Notes under the pieces: model-generated
What the model was told of the DNA's origin: nothing
Database searches by the model: none
What the model saw: the letters and a program-made list of their open reading frames with translations, nothing else
Shown here: positions 25,744 to 36,629 of the stretch, one piece after another
How the letters are laid out: each line of letters begins with the position of its first letter
Numbering within the stretch: position 1 is the first letter of the stretch
Program-made: the position numbers and the translations under genes
NCBI GenBank assembly: GCA_034420985.1
Contig: DAOUKU010000065.1
Span: 99,326-163,325 of the forward strand
Direction: 5' to 3'
From: Anaerolineae bacterium
Lineage (GTDB): Bacteria; Chloroflexota; Anaerolineae; Aggregatilineales; Phototrophicaceae
DNA length: 64,000 nucleotides

Positions 25744-28638
25744 ATGATGAAGAAATTGCTCGCAATCGCCGGCAAGGAACTGCGCTTGTACTTCGGCTCG
25801 CCTATGGCGCTGATCTTCGTGGGCGTATTTCTGGCGCTGACGCTTTTTGTCTTCTTCTGGGTCGACTCCTTCTTTGCGCGGGGCATTGCCGATGTGCGCG
25901 CGCTCTTTGAATGGATGCCGCTGCTGATGATTTTGCTGGTGGCGGCGCTGACCATGCACCAGTGGAGCCGCGAAGAAGAGAGCGGCAATTTGCAAGTGCT
26001 GCTGACCATGCCCGTGCGGTTGAGCGAACTGGTCGCGGGCAAGTTCCTGTCGGCATTGGCGCTGGTGACGGTGGCTTTGGGCTTGACGCTCTTCCTGCCC
26101 ATCACTGTGGCTTCGCTTGGCAACCTGGACTGGGGACCCGTCATCGGTGGCTACCTGGCGGCGCTGCTGCTGGCGTCCAGCTATATTGCCATCGGCATGT
26201 TCGTCTCGTCGCGGACGGACAACCAACTGGTGGCACTGATTGGCACGGTGGCCATCTGCGGCGCCTTCCAGGCGATTGGCTCGCCGGTCATCACCGATTT
26301 CTTCGGCGCGACGGCTGGCGATCTCCTGCGGCAATTTGGCGCGGGCAGCCGCTTTGAAAGCATCCAGCGTGGTGTCATTGACTTTCGCGACCTGTTGTAT
26401 TACGCCTCGCTGACGCTCTTCTTTCTGGCGCTGAATATGCTGTCGCTGGAAAGCAAACGTTGGAGCGGCGCCCCTCACCTGCGCGCGCATCGACTGAACG
26501 GCCGACTGGGCGCCGCGCTGGTCGGCATGAATCTGCTGGCGCTGAATCTGCTCCTTGCCCCCGCCAGCTTCGCCCGCCTGGATTTGACGCAGTACCGCGA
26601 ATACAGCCTGTCCGATGTGACGGGCAACCTGCTGGCTGGTCTGCAAGAGCCGCTGCTGATACGCGGTTACTTCAGCGAAGACAGCCACCCCGCGTTGGCG
26701 CCCCTCGTGCCGCGCATCCAGGACACTTTGCGCGAGTATCAACTGCTTTCCGGCGGTAAGCTGCAGCTGGAATTCATCGACCCGCTGACCAACCTCGAGC
26801 TGGAGCGGGAAGCCATGCAAATCTATGGCATTCGTCCTACGCCGCTGCAAGTCAATGAACGCGGCGGCGTTTCGCTGGTCAATGTCTATTTTGATGTGCT
26901 GATTGCCTACGGCGACCAGACGGCTGCCTTAAATTTCTCGGATCTGATCGAAATCTTGGATTCGCCGTTGGGCGCGGAAATCCGCCTGCGCAACCTGGAA
27001 TACGACTTGACCAGCGCCATCCAGCGGGTGGTCTACGGCTTCCAGAGTCTGGACGCGGCATTAGCCACGCTGGAGGCGCCGGCGCGCCTGACGCTCTATC
27101 ACTCGTCGGCGACCATGCCGGAGATGATGCTGGATGTCAGCGAGGCCATGAAGACCGTCAGCCAGGAGCTCGCTGACAGCAACCCAGATGCGCTGCAGTT
27201 GGAAATCATCGACATGTCCGCCGCTGAGGTCCCCATCAGCGAGCAGGAACTCTTTGATCGCTACCAGATCCAGCCTGTCGCGGCCAGCTTCTTCGCCACA
27301 GAAACCTTCTATCTGCATCTGGTCATAGAGGCTGGGGGCGATATCCAGGTCATCTATCCGGCTGGCGCGCTGAGCCAGGTCGAAATCCGCAACGCTATTG
27401 AAGCGTCTTTGAAGCGCTCCTCATCGGGCTTCCTCAAGGTGATTGGCCTGTGGATGCCGCCCGCCAACGCGCCCGACCAATTCGGCCAGCAATTGCCCAC
27501 GCTGCAGCAATACGCCATCCTGGAAGATGTCCTGCGCGAAGCCTACGATCTGCGCCGCCTGACGCTGGACGACGGCGAGATTCCAGCCGGCATCGATGTG
27601 CTGATTTTGCTGGCGCCGCACAGCATGACGGATTTGCAGCGCTACGCCATCGATCAGTATTTGATGCGCGGCGGCACGATCATCGCCATGGCGGGTCAAT
27701 ATCGCCTCGGCATCGATCCTTATAGCGGCGCGCTGCTGCTTGATTCCAACGAGAACGGCGTCAAAGACATGCTGGCGGGCTACGGTGTCCAGATCGGCGA
27801 CGAGTTGGTCATGGACCCCCAGAACGCGCCCTTCCCGCAGCAGATTCAGCGCGATATCGGCGGCATGCTGGTGACCGAGATTGTCGATCTGCCTTATCCC
27901 TTCTTCATTGATGTGCGCCCGGCTGGCATGGATGCCGAAAGCAGCATCGTCAATACTTTGCCCTTGCTTACCATGCCCTGGACATCCCCGGTGACGATAG
28001 ATGCCGAACTGTTAGACGAGGCGCAGGCGCGCACGCTGATCTGGTCCAGCGAAAAAGCCTGGCTCACGGATCAAGCCAACCCCCAGCCCGACCTGGAGCT
28101 ATATCCGGAAATGGGATTCCCGATTGGTGGCGAGCTGGATCGTTATCCGCTGGCGGTTGTCGTCGAGGGCGCTTTTGACAGCTACTTCATCGACAGGCCA
28201 TCGCCATTTGAAGCGGAAGAGGCGCAGACCGACGCCAGCCAGACCATCGGCCTAATTGAGCGTTCGCCGGACAGCGCGCGTCTGGTGGTCTTGGGCAGCA
28301 GCGAATTCGTCAACGACAATGTCTACCAGATCGCTTCCAGCTTCGGTGGCGACCGCTTCTACAGCAATTTGCAGCTGGTGGCCAACGCCATCGATTCCTT
28401 CACGGAAGACGCATCGCTGGCTTCCATCCGCAGTCGCGGCAGTGTGGCGCGCATCTTGCCGCCCATCAGCCAAAACGCGCAGAACCAATGGGCGCTGCTG
28501 AATTACGCGGTCGCCATTCTCGGTTTGATCGCCATCGGCATCGTCTGGCAAGTCCAGCGCCGCAGTGAAAAACCGCTGGAACTGCCGCCGCCCGGTGCTG
28601 AACTCGCGCCGACATCCAGCCAGGGGGACGACTCATGA
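25744..28638 (+). CDS. Fused ABC-2 permease (GldF-like) and GldG-like extracytoplasmic domain protein
   Basis: The N-terminal 240 aa or so form a polytopic ABC-2 permease. A large soluble GldG-type region follows, with a C-terminal TM (WALLNYAVAILGLIAIGIVW). AGGAGG lies upstream. Confidence 0.7.
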   Translation: MMKKLLAIAGKELRLYFGSPMALIFVGVFLALTLFVFFWVDSFFARGIADVRALFEWMPLLMILLVAALTMHQWSREEESGNLQVLLTMPVRLSELVAGKFLSALALVTVALGLTLFLPITVASLGNLDWGPVIGGYLAALLLASSYIAIGMFVSSRTDNQLVALIGTVAICGAFQAIGSPVITDFFGATAGDLLRQFGAGSRFESIQRGVIDFRDLLYYASLTLFFLALNMLSLESKRWSGAPHLRAHRLNGRLGAALVGMNLLALNLLLAPASFARLDLTQYREYSLSDVTGNLLAGLQEPLLIRGYFSEDSHPALAPLVPRIQDTLREYQLLSGGKLQLEFIDPLTNLELEREAMQIYGIRPTPLQVNERGGVSLVNVYFDVLIAYGDQTAALNFSDLIEILDSPLGAEIRLRNLEYDLTSAIQRVVYGFQSLDAALATLEAPARLTLYHSSATMPEMMLDVSEAMKTVSQELADSNPDALQLEIIDMSAAEVPISEQELFDRYQIQPVAASFFATETFYLHLVIEAGGDIQVIYPAGALSQVEIRNAIEASLKRSSSGFLKVIGLWMPPANAPDQFGQQLPTLQQYAILEDVLREAYDLRRLTLDDGEIPAGIDVLILLAPHSMTDLQRYAIDQYLMRGGTIIAMAGQYRLGIDPYSGALLLDSNENGVKDMLAGYGVQIGDELVMDPQNAPFPQQIQRDIGGMLVTEIVDLPYPFFIDVRPAGMDAESSIVNTLPLLTMPWTSPVTIDAELLDEAQARTLIWSSEKAWLTDQANPQPDLELYPEMGFPIGGELDRYPLAVVVEGAFDSYFIDRPSPFEAEEAQTDASQTIGLIERSPDSARLVVLGSSEFVNDNVYQIASSFGGDRFYSNLQLVANAIDSFTEDASLASIRSRGSVARILPPISQNAQNQWALLNYAVAILGLIAIGIVWQVQRRSEKPLELPPPGAELAPTSSQGDDS

Positions 28639-29657
28639 TCAGCCGCAGCAATGTCTATCTCGCCCTTTTGCTGGCCGCGCAAATCGTTCTGCTGGCCGTC
28701 CTTGTCGTATCGACGGGCGGGAGCGAATCGCGCCCGGTCGAGCCGATTGCGCTTGGGTTGAGCGCGGCTGAGGTCGAGCGTCTGCTCATCGTCAGCGCGC
28801 CGGACGACGAGCTTGTCTTCGCTCGCAAGGATGAGGGCTGGGTTCTTCCCGATGCCGACAACTTCCCCGTCAATGGCGAAAAAGTTGAAGAGATGCTGGG
28901 TAAGCTGCTGGGCTTGGATACGAGCCGCTTGGTGGCCTCCAACCCGGTCAACTTCGCGCGGCTGGAGGTCAAGGACGACGATTACCGGCGGCGCATTGAA
29001 TTGAGTAGCGGCGATAACGACGCCGTGATCTATTTGGGTGGCAGTGGCGGAGTCGACACGGTCTACACGCGGCGCGCGGACGAGAACGAAGTTTATCTGG
29101 GGCGTGGGCTGAATGCCTGGGAATTGTCGACGCAAGTGGCGACCTGGGTGGATGCCAACTATGTCAGCATTGACCAGGCTGATGTGCGGGAAATCCGCGT
29201 GGACAACGCCAATGGCAGCATCACCCTCGTCCGAGACGGTGAGACCTGGACTCTGCCGGACTTGGACGAGGGCGAGCTTTTTGAAGACACCAGAATACCG
29301 GGCATCCTGCGCAACGCCGCGACTGTTCGCTTGGTCGAACCGCTGGGGCTGACGGCGCAGGGGTCCTATGGCATGGACGACCCGCGCGTGGAAGTTACGC
29401 TAAGCTACCGGCAGTTGCTAGAAACTCAACAGGATGAAGATGCAGAGACGGACGAATCCGCAACGGTAGCCGAAGTCGAATACAGCGACGAGACGCTGAT
29501 TCTGACCTTTGGCGCGGATTTGGACGACGGGCATATCGCCTTAAAATCCAGCGAGTCCGAATACTTCGTCGCCGTGCGCGACACGGTCTACGCGGCATTC
29601 AGCGAACTTGAGCGCGCTGATTTCATCAAACTGCCGGAGGCGGAGAGCGACGAATAG
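28635..29657 (+). CDS. DUF4340-like protein with N-terminal membrane anchor
   Basis: 4-nt overlap with the GldFG gene. Single N-terminal TM. The position after GldG is typical for DUF4340. Confidence 0.55.
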   Translation: MISRSNVYLALLLAAQIVLLAVLVVSTGGSESRPVEPIALGLSAAEVERLLIVSAPDDELVFARKDEGWVLPDADNFPVNGEKVEEMLGKLLGLDTSRLVASNPVNFARLEVKDDDYRRRIELSSGDNDAVIYLGGSGGVDTVYTRRADENEVYLGRGLNAWELSTQVATWVDANYVSIDQADVREIRVDNANGSITLVRDGETWTLPDLDEGELFEDTRIPGILRNAATVRLVEPLGLTAQGSYGMDDPRVEVTLSYRQLLETQQDEDAETDESATVAEVEYSDETLILTFGADLDDGHIALKSSESEYFVAVRDTVYAAFSELERADFIKLPEAESDE

Positions 29658-29708
29658 AACAAGCTCGGAGCATTTGCCCATCCCTCAGCCCGCCCTGGCG
29701 CGAGAATT

Positions 29709-29733
29709 GTAGGGGCGACCCGGTGGGTCACCC
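29709..29733. repeat. Intergenic palindromic repeat, family A
   Basis: gtaggggcgacccggtgggtcaccc, directly abutting a family B copy. Confidence 0.65.
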
Positions 29734-29780
29734 GTCTACCCCTCCCCGGACCCTCCCCGTATCAACGGGGAGGGGAGCTA
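29734..29780. repeat. Intergenic hairpin repeat, family B
   Basis: gtctacccctccccggaccctccccgtatcaacggggaggggagcta. Confidence 0.7.
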
Positions 29781-29839
29781 AGACGGGCGGAACAGCGACT
29801 CCGTATGCGTTTCAGTGATTATGAGAAAGCTCGGCGAAA

Positions 29840-29879
29840 CCTTCCCCCCATTGATATGGGGAGACCGAGGGGGGTAGAC
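29840..29879. repeat. Intergenic hairpin repeat, family B, degenerate (opposite orientation)
   Basis: ccttccccccattgatatggggagaccgaggggggtagac. Confidence 0.5.
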
Positions 29880-29920
29880 TTAGCGCCAATGCACAGGACT
29901 CGCGGCGAGCGGGAGCAGCC

Positions 29921-32920
29921 ATGCCAAATCCCCTGACTTTTCAGCAAGCCATCCTCAAGCTGCACGAATACTGGGCGGCGCAGGATTGCCTGATCTGGGA
30001 GCCGCACAATGTGCAAGTTGGCGCGGGCACGGGCAACCCCGCCACCACACTGCGCGTGCTGGGTCCCGAGCCCTGGCGCGTGGCTTATGTCGAACCCAGC
30101 GTGCGCCCTGACGATGGCCGCTTTGGCGAAAACCCCAACCGCATGCAGAAGTACTATCAATACCAGGTCATCCTCAAGCCTGACCCTGGCAACCCGCAAG
30201 AACTCTACCTGCAATCGCTGGCGGCGCTGGGCATTGACGCGCGCGAGCACGATATCCGCTTTGTCGAGGACAACTGGGAATCGCCGGCTTTGGGCGCTTG
30301 GGGCTTGGGCTGGGAAGTCTGGCTGGACGGGCAGGAGATCACGCAATTCACCTATTTTCAGCAGGCGGGTGGGCAAAACCTGGAGCCCGTCAGCGTGGAA
30401 ATCACCTACGGCATCGAGCGCATTGTGCTGGCGCTGCAAGGGGTGGACAGCGCTTGGTCTATCGACTGGCTGGACGGCATCAGCTACGGCGATGTCATGT
30501 TCAATGACGAGGTCGAACACTGCCGCTATTACTTCAATGTCGCTGATGTCGCCGCGCTGCAGACAGTCTTCAATGCTTATGAGCGCGAATATGCGCGGGC
30601 GCTGGAAGGCGACGCGCTGATCGCGGCTTATGACTATGTGCTCAAATGCAGCTACCTCTTCAATGTGCTGGATACGCGCGGCGCAATCGGCGTTACGGAA
30701 CGCGCCAATTACTTCCGCCGCATGCGGGATATGACGCGGGAGATCGCCAGCGAATACGTAACCCAACGCCAGAAACTAGGGCATCCATTGCTGAAGATGG
30801 CTCATCGTTGGCGCGGGGCGCCCCTCCAAAGCCCGCCCGCCATGCCAGAACCGCCGGGGCAGCCAGCCGACTTTTTGTTGGAAATCGGCGTCGAGGAAAT
30901 GCCGGCGCAAGATGTCGCAGCGGCATTGCAACAGGCGCGTGAGGCGGCCCTCGGGATGTTCTCGGAGCTGCGGCTCGATCACGGCGGCATACGAGCTTAT
31001 GCCACGCCACGCCGCATCGTCGTGCATGGGCGAGATGTAGCGCCGCGGCAGCGAGACGAAGAATTCCTGGCCAAAGGTCCGCCAGCCGACCGCGCCTATG
31101 ATGCGGACGGACAGCCGACTCGCGCTGCGCAGGGATTCGCGCGCGGCAAGGGCGTTTCGGTGAGCGCTCTGCGCGTCAAAGATTTGGATGGCGGGCGCTA
31201 TGTGACAGCGTTAGTGCGGACGAAAGGCAAGCCAAGCACCGAGGCGCTGGCCAAGGCGCTGCCGGGCTTCATCGCCGGTTTGCGCTTCGGCAAATCCATG
31301 CGCTGGAACGAAAGTGGCATCGCATTCTCGCGTCCGATTCGCTGGATTGTGGCACTGCTTGGCGAGGCGGTCATCCCCTGTGCCTACGCCGATGTCGCCA
31401 GCGGCAGGTTGACCCGCGGCTTGCGGCCGAAGGGCTCGCCGGAAATCGCGATAAAGGACGCGGCGGCTTATTTTGACGCTTGCGCCGAGCAGAGCATCGT
31501 CCTGGACGATGCCGAGCGCAGGGAGCAGATCCGCCAACAAGTCAATGCGCTGGCTGCGGAAGTGAGCGGGATTGTGCCGGACGACTCCGATTTGCTGGCG
31601 GAAGTGACGAATTTGGTGGAAGCGCCTACTGCCTTCCGCGGCAGCTTTGAGGGCGACTTCCTAGACTTGCCGCGCGCTGTGCTGATCACCGTCATGCGCA
31701 AGCACCAGCGTTATTTCGCCGTGGAGGATGCGGCGGGCGAGCTGCTGCCTTATTTTATCGGCGTGCGTAATGGCGACAGCCTGCATCTGGACAAGGTCAT
31801 TCACGGCAACGAGCAGGTCATCCGCGCTCGATTCTCGGATGCGCGTTTCTTCTATACAGGCGACATCGCCAAGCCGCTAGCTAATCACATGCCGCGCCTG
31901 GACACGCTGACCTTCCAGGCAAAGCTCGGCTCCATGCGCCAGAAAAATGACCGCGTGGCGGCTTCGGTGGCGGAACTTGGCGGGCTGCTGGGGCTGGACG
32001 CGGCGAGCATAGACATGGCTCAGCGGGCTGGCGCAATCGCCAAAGCCGACTTGGCCACCAATATGGTCGTGGAGATGACTTCGCTGCAGGGACTGATGGG
32101 TCGCGAATATGCCTTGCGCGAAGGGATTGCCCCGGCTGTCGCGGAGGCCATCTACGAACATTGGCTGCCGCGCGGGGCGGGGGATAGGCTGCCGGCCAGT
32201 GATGCCGGGCGTCTGTTGGCGCTGGCGGACAAACTGGATAGCCTAGTTGGTCTCTTTGCCGTGGGCTTGGCGCCAAAGTCGACATCTGACCCCTACGGTT
32301 TGCGGCGCAGCGCCTTGGGTATCATCCAGATCGTGTTGGACAGGGCGTTTTCCGTTGACCTGCGCGGGATGGTCGCTCTGGTCGCGGCTGGACAGCCCGT
32401 TTCCGTGAGTGAAGCCGTACAGGCGCAGATTCTCGATTTTCTGCGTGGGCGCTTTGACAATTGGCTGGGCGAGACCTTCGACTTTCCCCGCGATGTCGTC
32501 AATGCCGTGCTGGCCGAACAAGCGCAAAATCCAGTTCGCGCTTTGGAAGGCATCAAGTCACTGGCGCAGTGGGTGGCGCGCGATGATTGGGAGCCGATCC
32601 TGGACAGCTTCGCCCGCTGCGCGCGCATCACCCGTGGGGAAGCGCCACAAACTTTTGACAGCGCCTTGCTGCAAGACGCGCATGAAGGGGCGCTTTGGGC
32701 TGCTTGTCGAGCCGCGGAAGCTGCCGATCTGTGCCCGGGCGATGTGACGGGCTTTCTCAAGGAATTTGAAGCCATGACGCCGGCAGTGACGGCCTTCTTC
32801 GACAATGTGCTGGTGCACGCCGACGATCCGTCCCTGCGTCACAACCGCATCGCCCTGCTGCAGCGCATCAGCTGCATGCAAAGAGGGCGCGCCGATTTGA
32901 GTCTGCTGGCGGACTTCTAG
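29921..32920 (+). CDS. glyQS: Glycine--tRNA ligase, fused alpha and beta subunits
   Basis: The N-terminal 290 aa or so are GlyQ-like ([13 protein letters not shown]...[17 protein letters not shown]...QYQVILKP). The remainder is GlyS-like. One continuous 999-aa ORF. Confidence 0.92.
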   Translation: MPNPLTFQQAILKLHEYWAAQDCLIWEPHNVQVGAGTGNPATTLRVLGPEPWRVAYVEPSVRPDDGRFGENPNRMQKYYQYQVILKPDPGNPQELYLQSLAALGIDAREHDIRFVEDNWESPALGAWGLGWEVWLDGQEITQFTYFQQAGGQNLEPVSVEITYGIERIVLALQGVDSAWSIDWLDGISYGDVMFNDEVEHCRYYFNVADVAALQTVFNAYEREYARALEGDALIAAYDYVLKCSYLFNVLDTRGAIGVTERANYFRRMRDMTREIASEYVTQRQKLGHPLLKMAHRWRGAPLQSPPAMPEPPGQPADFLLEIGVEEMPAQDVAAALQQAREAALGMFSELRLDHGGIRAYATPRRIVVHGRDVAPRQRDEEFLAKGPPADRAYDADGQPTRAAQGFARGKGVSVSALRVKDLDGGRYVTALVRTKGKPSTEALAKALPGFIAGLRFGKSMRWNESGIAFSRPIRWIVALLGEAVIPCAYADVASGRLTRGLRPKGSPEIAIKDAAAYFDACAEQSIVLDDAERREQIRQQVNALAAEVSGIVPDDSDLLAEVTNLVEAPTAFRGSFEGDFLDLPRAVLITVMRKHQRYFAVEDAAGELLPYFIGVRNGDSLHLDKVIHGNEQVIRARFSDARFFYTGDIAKPLANHMPRLDTLTFQAKLGSMRQKNDRVAASVAELGGLLGLDAASIDMAQRAGAIAKADLATNMVVEMTSLQGLMGREYALREGIAPAVAEAIYEHWLPRGAGDRLPASDAGRLLALADKLDSLVGLFAVGLAPKSTSDPYGLRRSALGIIQIVLDRAFSVDLRGMVALVAAGQPVSVSEAVQAQILDFLRGRFDNWLGETFDFPRDVVNAVLAEQAQNPVRALEGIKSLAQWVARDDWEPILDSFARCARITRGEAPQTFDSALLQDAHEGALWAACRAAEAADLCPGDVTGFLKEFEAMTPAVTAFFDNVLVHADDPSLRHNRIALLQRISCMQRGRADLSLLADF

Positions 32921-32933
32921 GGCGCGGCATTTC

Positions 32934-32962
32934 TTGCGCGCGCTGCAGCCGATGATTATACT
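32934..32962 (+). promoter_or_regulatory. Candidate promoter for dnaG-rpoD (TTGCGC-17 nt-TATACT)
   Basis: Hexamers at 32934..32939 and 32957..32962, about 30 nt upstream of the dnaG ATG. Confidence 0.35.
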
Positions 32963-32990
32963 TTCCGCTTAACTAGCCTCGGATTCGCCT

Positions 32991-35003
32991 ATGTCGGTCA
33001 CGGACGAGATCAAGGCACGCATCGACATCGTTAGCTATGTGCAGCGCCATGTACCCAGCTTGAAGAAGGCCGGGCGCAATTACAAAGCCTGCTGCCCCTT
33101 CCATAACGAGAAAACGCCTTCCTTCATCGTTAATCCCGAGCGCGGCAGTTGGCATTGCTTTGGCGCTTGTGCCGAAGGCGGCGATATTTTCACCTTCGCG
33201 CAGAAGGTCAATGGTTGGGATTTCAAAGAGGCGCTGCGAGAACTAGCGCAGGAAGCCGGCGTGCAACTGCGCGCGCAGACTGAGCAGCAGAAAAGCGAAG
33301 ATGCTCGGCTTGAGCGACTGCGCGGCATGTTGGCTAGCGCCGCCGACTATTATCATCAGCGCCTGCAGCAGCCGGATGCCCAGCCCGTCCGCGATTACCT
33401 GCATGCCGAGCGTGGCTTTCTCGACGCGACCGTTGGGGCTTTTCAACTAGGCTATGCGCCGCCCGTCTGGGATTTCATGCTGAGCACCTTGCGAGGTTTG
33501 GGCTACGCAGACGATGAAATCATTGAATGCGGACTGGCTGCGCGCAATGACCGCGGCCGGGTCTACGACCGTTTTCGCAACCGCCTGATGATCCCCATTC
33601 GGGATGCGCGCGGGCGAGTGCTTGGCTTTGGCGGGCGGGCGCTTGACCCTGATGACAATGTCAAATACATCAATTCGCCGCAAGGACCGCTCTTCGACAA
33701 GAGTCGGCTGCTCTTTGGCTTGGACGCAGCGAGACGGGCCATCCGCGACCAGGAACGAGCAGTCATCGTGGAAGGCTATTTTGATGTTGTGCAGGCACAT
33801 CAAGCCGGGCATTTGAATGTCGTGGCGCAAATGGGCACCGCCATGACAGAATCCCAACTCCGCTTGGTGGCGCCGCGGCTGGCGAAACGCATCGTGCTGG
33901 CGCTGGATGCCGATGAAGCCGGCAAAAAATCCGCCCGCCGCAGTTTGGATGTCGCTATCGATGTGCTGGATAAGGATTACATAGGCAGGCTGTCAGTCGA
34001 TATCCGCATTTTGCAAGTCCCGGCCGGCAAAGACCCGGACGACTTCATTCGCGAATATCCACATGAATGGGAGGACTTGGTCGAAAACGCGCAAGAAGTG
34101 GCGGATTTCGTGATTGATGCCACGACGGCGGGGTTGTCGGACAATGCAAGCATGCAAGAGCGCCAGTCGGTCGCGCTTTCCTTGTTGTCTATCCTCCGCG
34201 CCACAGAAAACAAACCGTATGAACAAGAAAATATCCAGCAACTGGCGCGGCGTCTGGGCATCAGAGAACGCGATATGCTGGCATGGGCGCTGTCCGCTGC
34301 CCCGTCCAGACCGCCACCGCCCCCTAGCCCGCCGGACTTGCCGCCCGAATACTTCACCAGCGAATACGATGACGCGCCACCGGACGCCGACCAAGCCCTA
34401 GGGGCAATACCAACCCAAATGCGGACTCTACGCGCCGCCGAGGGCTATTGTCTCCGCCTCTTGCTGCGGCATCCGGATTTGCTTTCGCAAGTCAATCGCA
34501 AATTTCGCGAACTGGCCGGCAATGACTATGAGTTGCGGCGAGGTCCCTTGCGCGAGCTGGGCGCAGAGGATTTCACCAACAGCCGTTACCGCGCCCTTAT
34601 GGCTTATCTGCAGGATTCACTGGCGCAGGACGACCTGGAACCCCTGGAATATTTGACCCAGCAAGTCGACGCCGAGTTGCATACGGAACTGCGCCTGCTG
34701 CTGGAAGACGAGTCGGTGACCTTGTCGCAGTCGCTGCGAGGCAACTTTCAGGTCGATTTGAGCGATATAGTCAAAAAGCGCCGCCGCGTCCGTCAGCCCG
34801 ACCGCAGCTTGCAGGACGAGCTCATCAACCGGGCATTACAGCTTCGTCTGGAACGACTGAGCAACGAGCGAGTGGACATGCAGTATTTGCAGGAAGAAGC
34901 GCAGCTTGAAACGGTTGTCGACCCAGTGCGCCAGGGGCGTCTCAGTGCGGACATCCGTCTGTCGATGCTGGCCAAGGCGCGCATTGATCTGGCGGTTGGC
35001 TGA
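32991..35003 (+). CDS. dnaG: DNA primase
   Basis: Zinc-ribbon CPFHNEKTPSF...WHCFGC, and a Toprim region (VIVEGYFDVV, LALDADEAGKKS). Confidence 0.93.
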   Translation: MSVTDEIKARIDIVSYVQRHVPSLKKAGRNYKACCPFHNEKTPSFIVNPERGSWHCFGACAEGGDIFTFAQKVNGWDFKEALRELAQEAGVQLRAQTEQQKSEDARLERLRGMLASAADYYHQRLQQPDAQPVRDYLHAERGFLDATVGAFQLGYAPPVWDFMLSTLRGLGYADDEIIECGLAARNDRGRVYDRFRNRLMIPIRDARGRVLGFGGRALDPDDNVKYINSPQGPLFDKSRLLFGLDAARRAIRDQERAVIVEGYFDVVQAHQAGHLNVVAQMGTAMTESQLRLVAPRLAKRIVLALDADEAGKKSARRSLDVAIDVLDKDYIGRLSVDIRILQVPAGKDPDDFIREYPHEWEDLVENAQEVADFVIDATTAGLSDNASMQERQSVALSLLSILRATENKPYEQENIQQLARRLGIRERDMLAWALSAAPSRPPPPPSPPDLPPEYFTSEYDDAPPDADQALGAIPTQMRTLRAAEGYCLRLLLRHPDLLSQVNRKFRELAGNDYELRRGPLRELGAEDFTNSRYRALMAYLQDSLAQDDLEPLEYLTQQVDAELHTELRLLLEDESVTLSQSLRGNFQVDLSDIVKKRRRVRQPDRSLQDELINRALQLRLERLSNERVDMQYLQEEAQLETVVDPVRQGRLSADIRLSMLAKARIDLAVG

Positions 35004-35052
35004 TTATGACCCCTAAAACGCCGTCGCACTTCCTTGTACAGGAGCCCATTTG

Positions 35053-36618
35053 ATGAAAATGAGCATAACCGCCAGCATCCGGGCGCAGGATGACAGCGCT
35101 GAACTGGAAACGGATGCCGGGCGCAGCGCCGACGAGGCGAGAACCGACAACTTCACCACAACGGAAATCGCTAATTCCGGACTAGAGGACGACGCGCAAG
35201 CCAGCGACCACGACAGCTTGCCGCCGTCGGACGACCCGGTGCGCATGTACCTCAAGGAAATCGGGCAAGTGGCTCTGCTGGACAGCAACCGCGAGATGTG
35301 GCTCAGCACGCAAATCGCCGCCGAACGCCACCTGGAAGCCCTGCGTGATGAGCTGGCCAGCCTGGACAAGCAAGGCGACGAAAGCCGCGAACCTGATCAC
35401 CTGGATGTCGAGCGCTACGCCTACCTGCGCTTGCGGGATGATTGGCAAAAGCTGCAAGAAACAGCGAAAGTGCTGGATGTTGACGTGCCGGATTTCTTTC
35501 GCCTACTGGCGGAAGTGGAAGAGACGGTCGCCAATTGGGACCGCGACGCCTATTCCTATATCCGCAGTTACCTCAGCCAGCGGCAATGGGGCAAGGATGA
35601 GGCTTGGTCGGGGCTGGCGCGGGAAGTCTTCGCGGTGGTGCACGCGCTCTACCTCTTCCCTTACGAGCACCAGCGGCGCATGCAGCGCTACTTCCGCCGC
35701 GCGGGTGAACTGCCCAGCCTGCTCGAATTCGATGCCTGGATCGAAGACACGCTGGACCCCGTCAGCCTGGCCAAACAACAACAGGAACAAGTCGAGCAGC
35801 ACGCCGCCATCTCCATTGACGCCTTGACGCGGGCGAACCTGCGCCTGGTGGTTAGCGTTGCCAAGCGCTACATGGGGCGGGGCATCAGTTTCCTGGACCT
35901 CATCCAGGAAGGCAATTTAGGTTTGCTGCGCGCCGTCAACAAGTTCGATCACACCAAGGGCTATAAGTTCAGCACCTACGCGACCTGGTGGATCCGCCAA
36001 GCCATCAGCCGTGCCATCGCCGACCAGGCGCGCACCATCCGCATCCCCGTGCATATGGTGGAGACCATCAATCGCATGATGCGCGTGCAGCGAGACCTCA
36101 TCCAAAGCCTGGGCGCGGAGCCCACCACCGAGCAGATCGCGCTGGAAATGGATTTCCTCAGCGAAGATGAGCGCCGCGACATCAAAGAAAGCCGCAATAA
36201 TGGCGAAGAGCCGGACACGAAGCTGGCCCGCAAACTCCGCCGCGCCACTCAAAAGGTGCGCCGCATCATGCGCATCAGCCAGGAGCCGATGAGTCTGGAC
36301 ATGCCGGTCGGGCAAGAAGACAGCAGCCAACTCGGCGACTTCATCGAGGATGAGAACGCGCCGGGCCCCGTCGACTCGGCTGGCAAGCAGTTGCTCAAGG
36401 AGCAGATCCGCGCCGCGCTTGGCGTCTTGAGTGAACGCGAACGCGCTGTGATGGACCTGCGCTTCGGTTTGACCAACGGGCAGGACCATACGCTGGAAGA
36501 AGTCGGCAATTTGCTGGGCGTAACCCGCGAGCGCATCCGCCAGATCGAAGCCAAGGCATTGCGCAAACTGCGTCACCCCACGCGCTCCCGACAACTGCGC
36601 GATTACCTGGAAATGTAG
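35053..36618 (+). CDS. rpoD: RNA polymerase primary sigma factor
   Basis: Regions 1.2 through 4 are present ([69 protein letters not shown]). I chose ATG 35053, 9 nt after AGGAG. Confidence 0.93.
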   Translation: MKMSITASIRAQDDSAELETDAGRSADEARTDNFTTTEIANSGLEDDAQASDHDSLPPSDDPVRMYLKEIGQVALLDSNREMWLSTQIAAERHLEALRDELASLDKQGDESREPDHLDVERYAYLRLRDDWQKLQETAKVLDVDVPDFFRLLAEVEETVANWDRDAYSYIRSYLSQRQWGKDEAWSGLAREVFAVVHALYLFPYEHQRRMQRYFRRAGELPSLLEFDAWIEDTLDPVSLAKQQQEQVEQHAAISIDALTRANLRLVVSVAKRYMGRGISFLDLIQEGNLGLLRAVNKFDHTKGYKFSTYATWWIRQAISRAIADQARTIRIPVHMVETINRMMRVQRDLIQSLGAEPTTEQIALEMDFLSEDERRDIKESRNNGEEPDTKLARKLRRATQKVRRIMRISQEPMSLDMPVGQEDSSQLGDFIEDENAPGPVDSAGKQLLKEQIRAALGVLSERERAVMDLRFGLTNGQDHTLEEVGNLLGVTRERIRQIEAKALRKLRHPTRSRQLRDYLEM

Positions 36619-36629
36619 CCGCCTGCGCC

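Noticed and set aside
25354-26850. 498-aa minus-strand ORF over the ABC ATPase/permease junction
   Set aside because: It is antisense to the GldA-like and GldF-like genes, and is Arg/Gln-rich with no domains.
29658-29920. Possible T-box leader upstream of glyQS
   Set aside because: The region is fully accounted for by family A and B repeat copies. I found no conserved T-box sequence and no specifier-loop/antiterminator arrangement.
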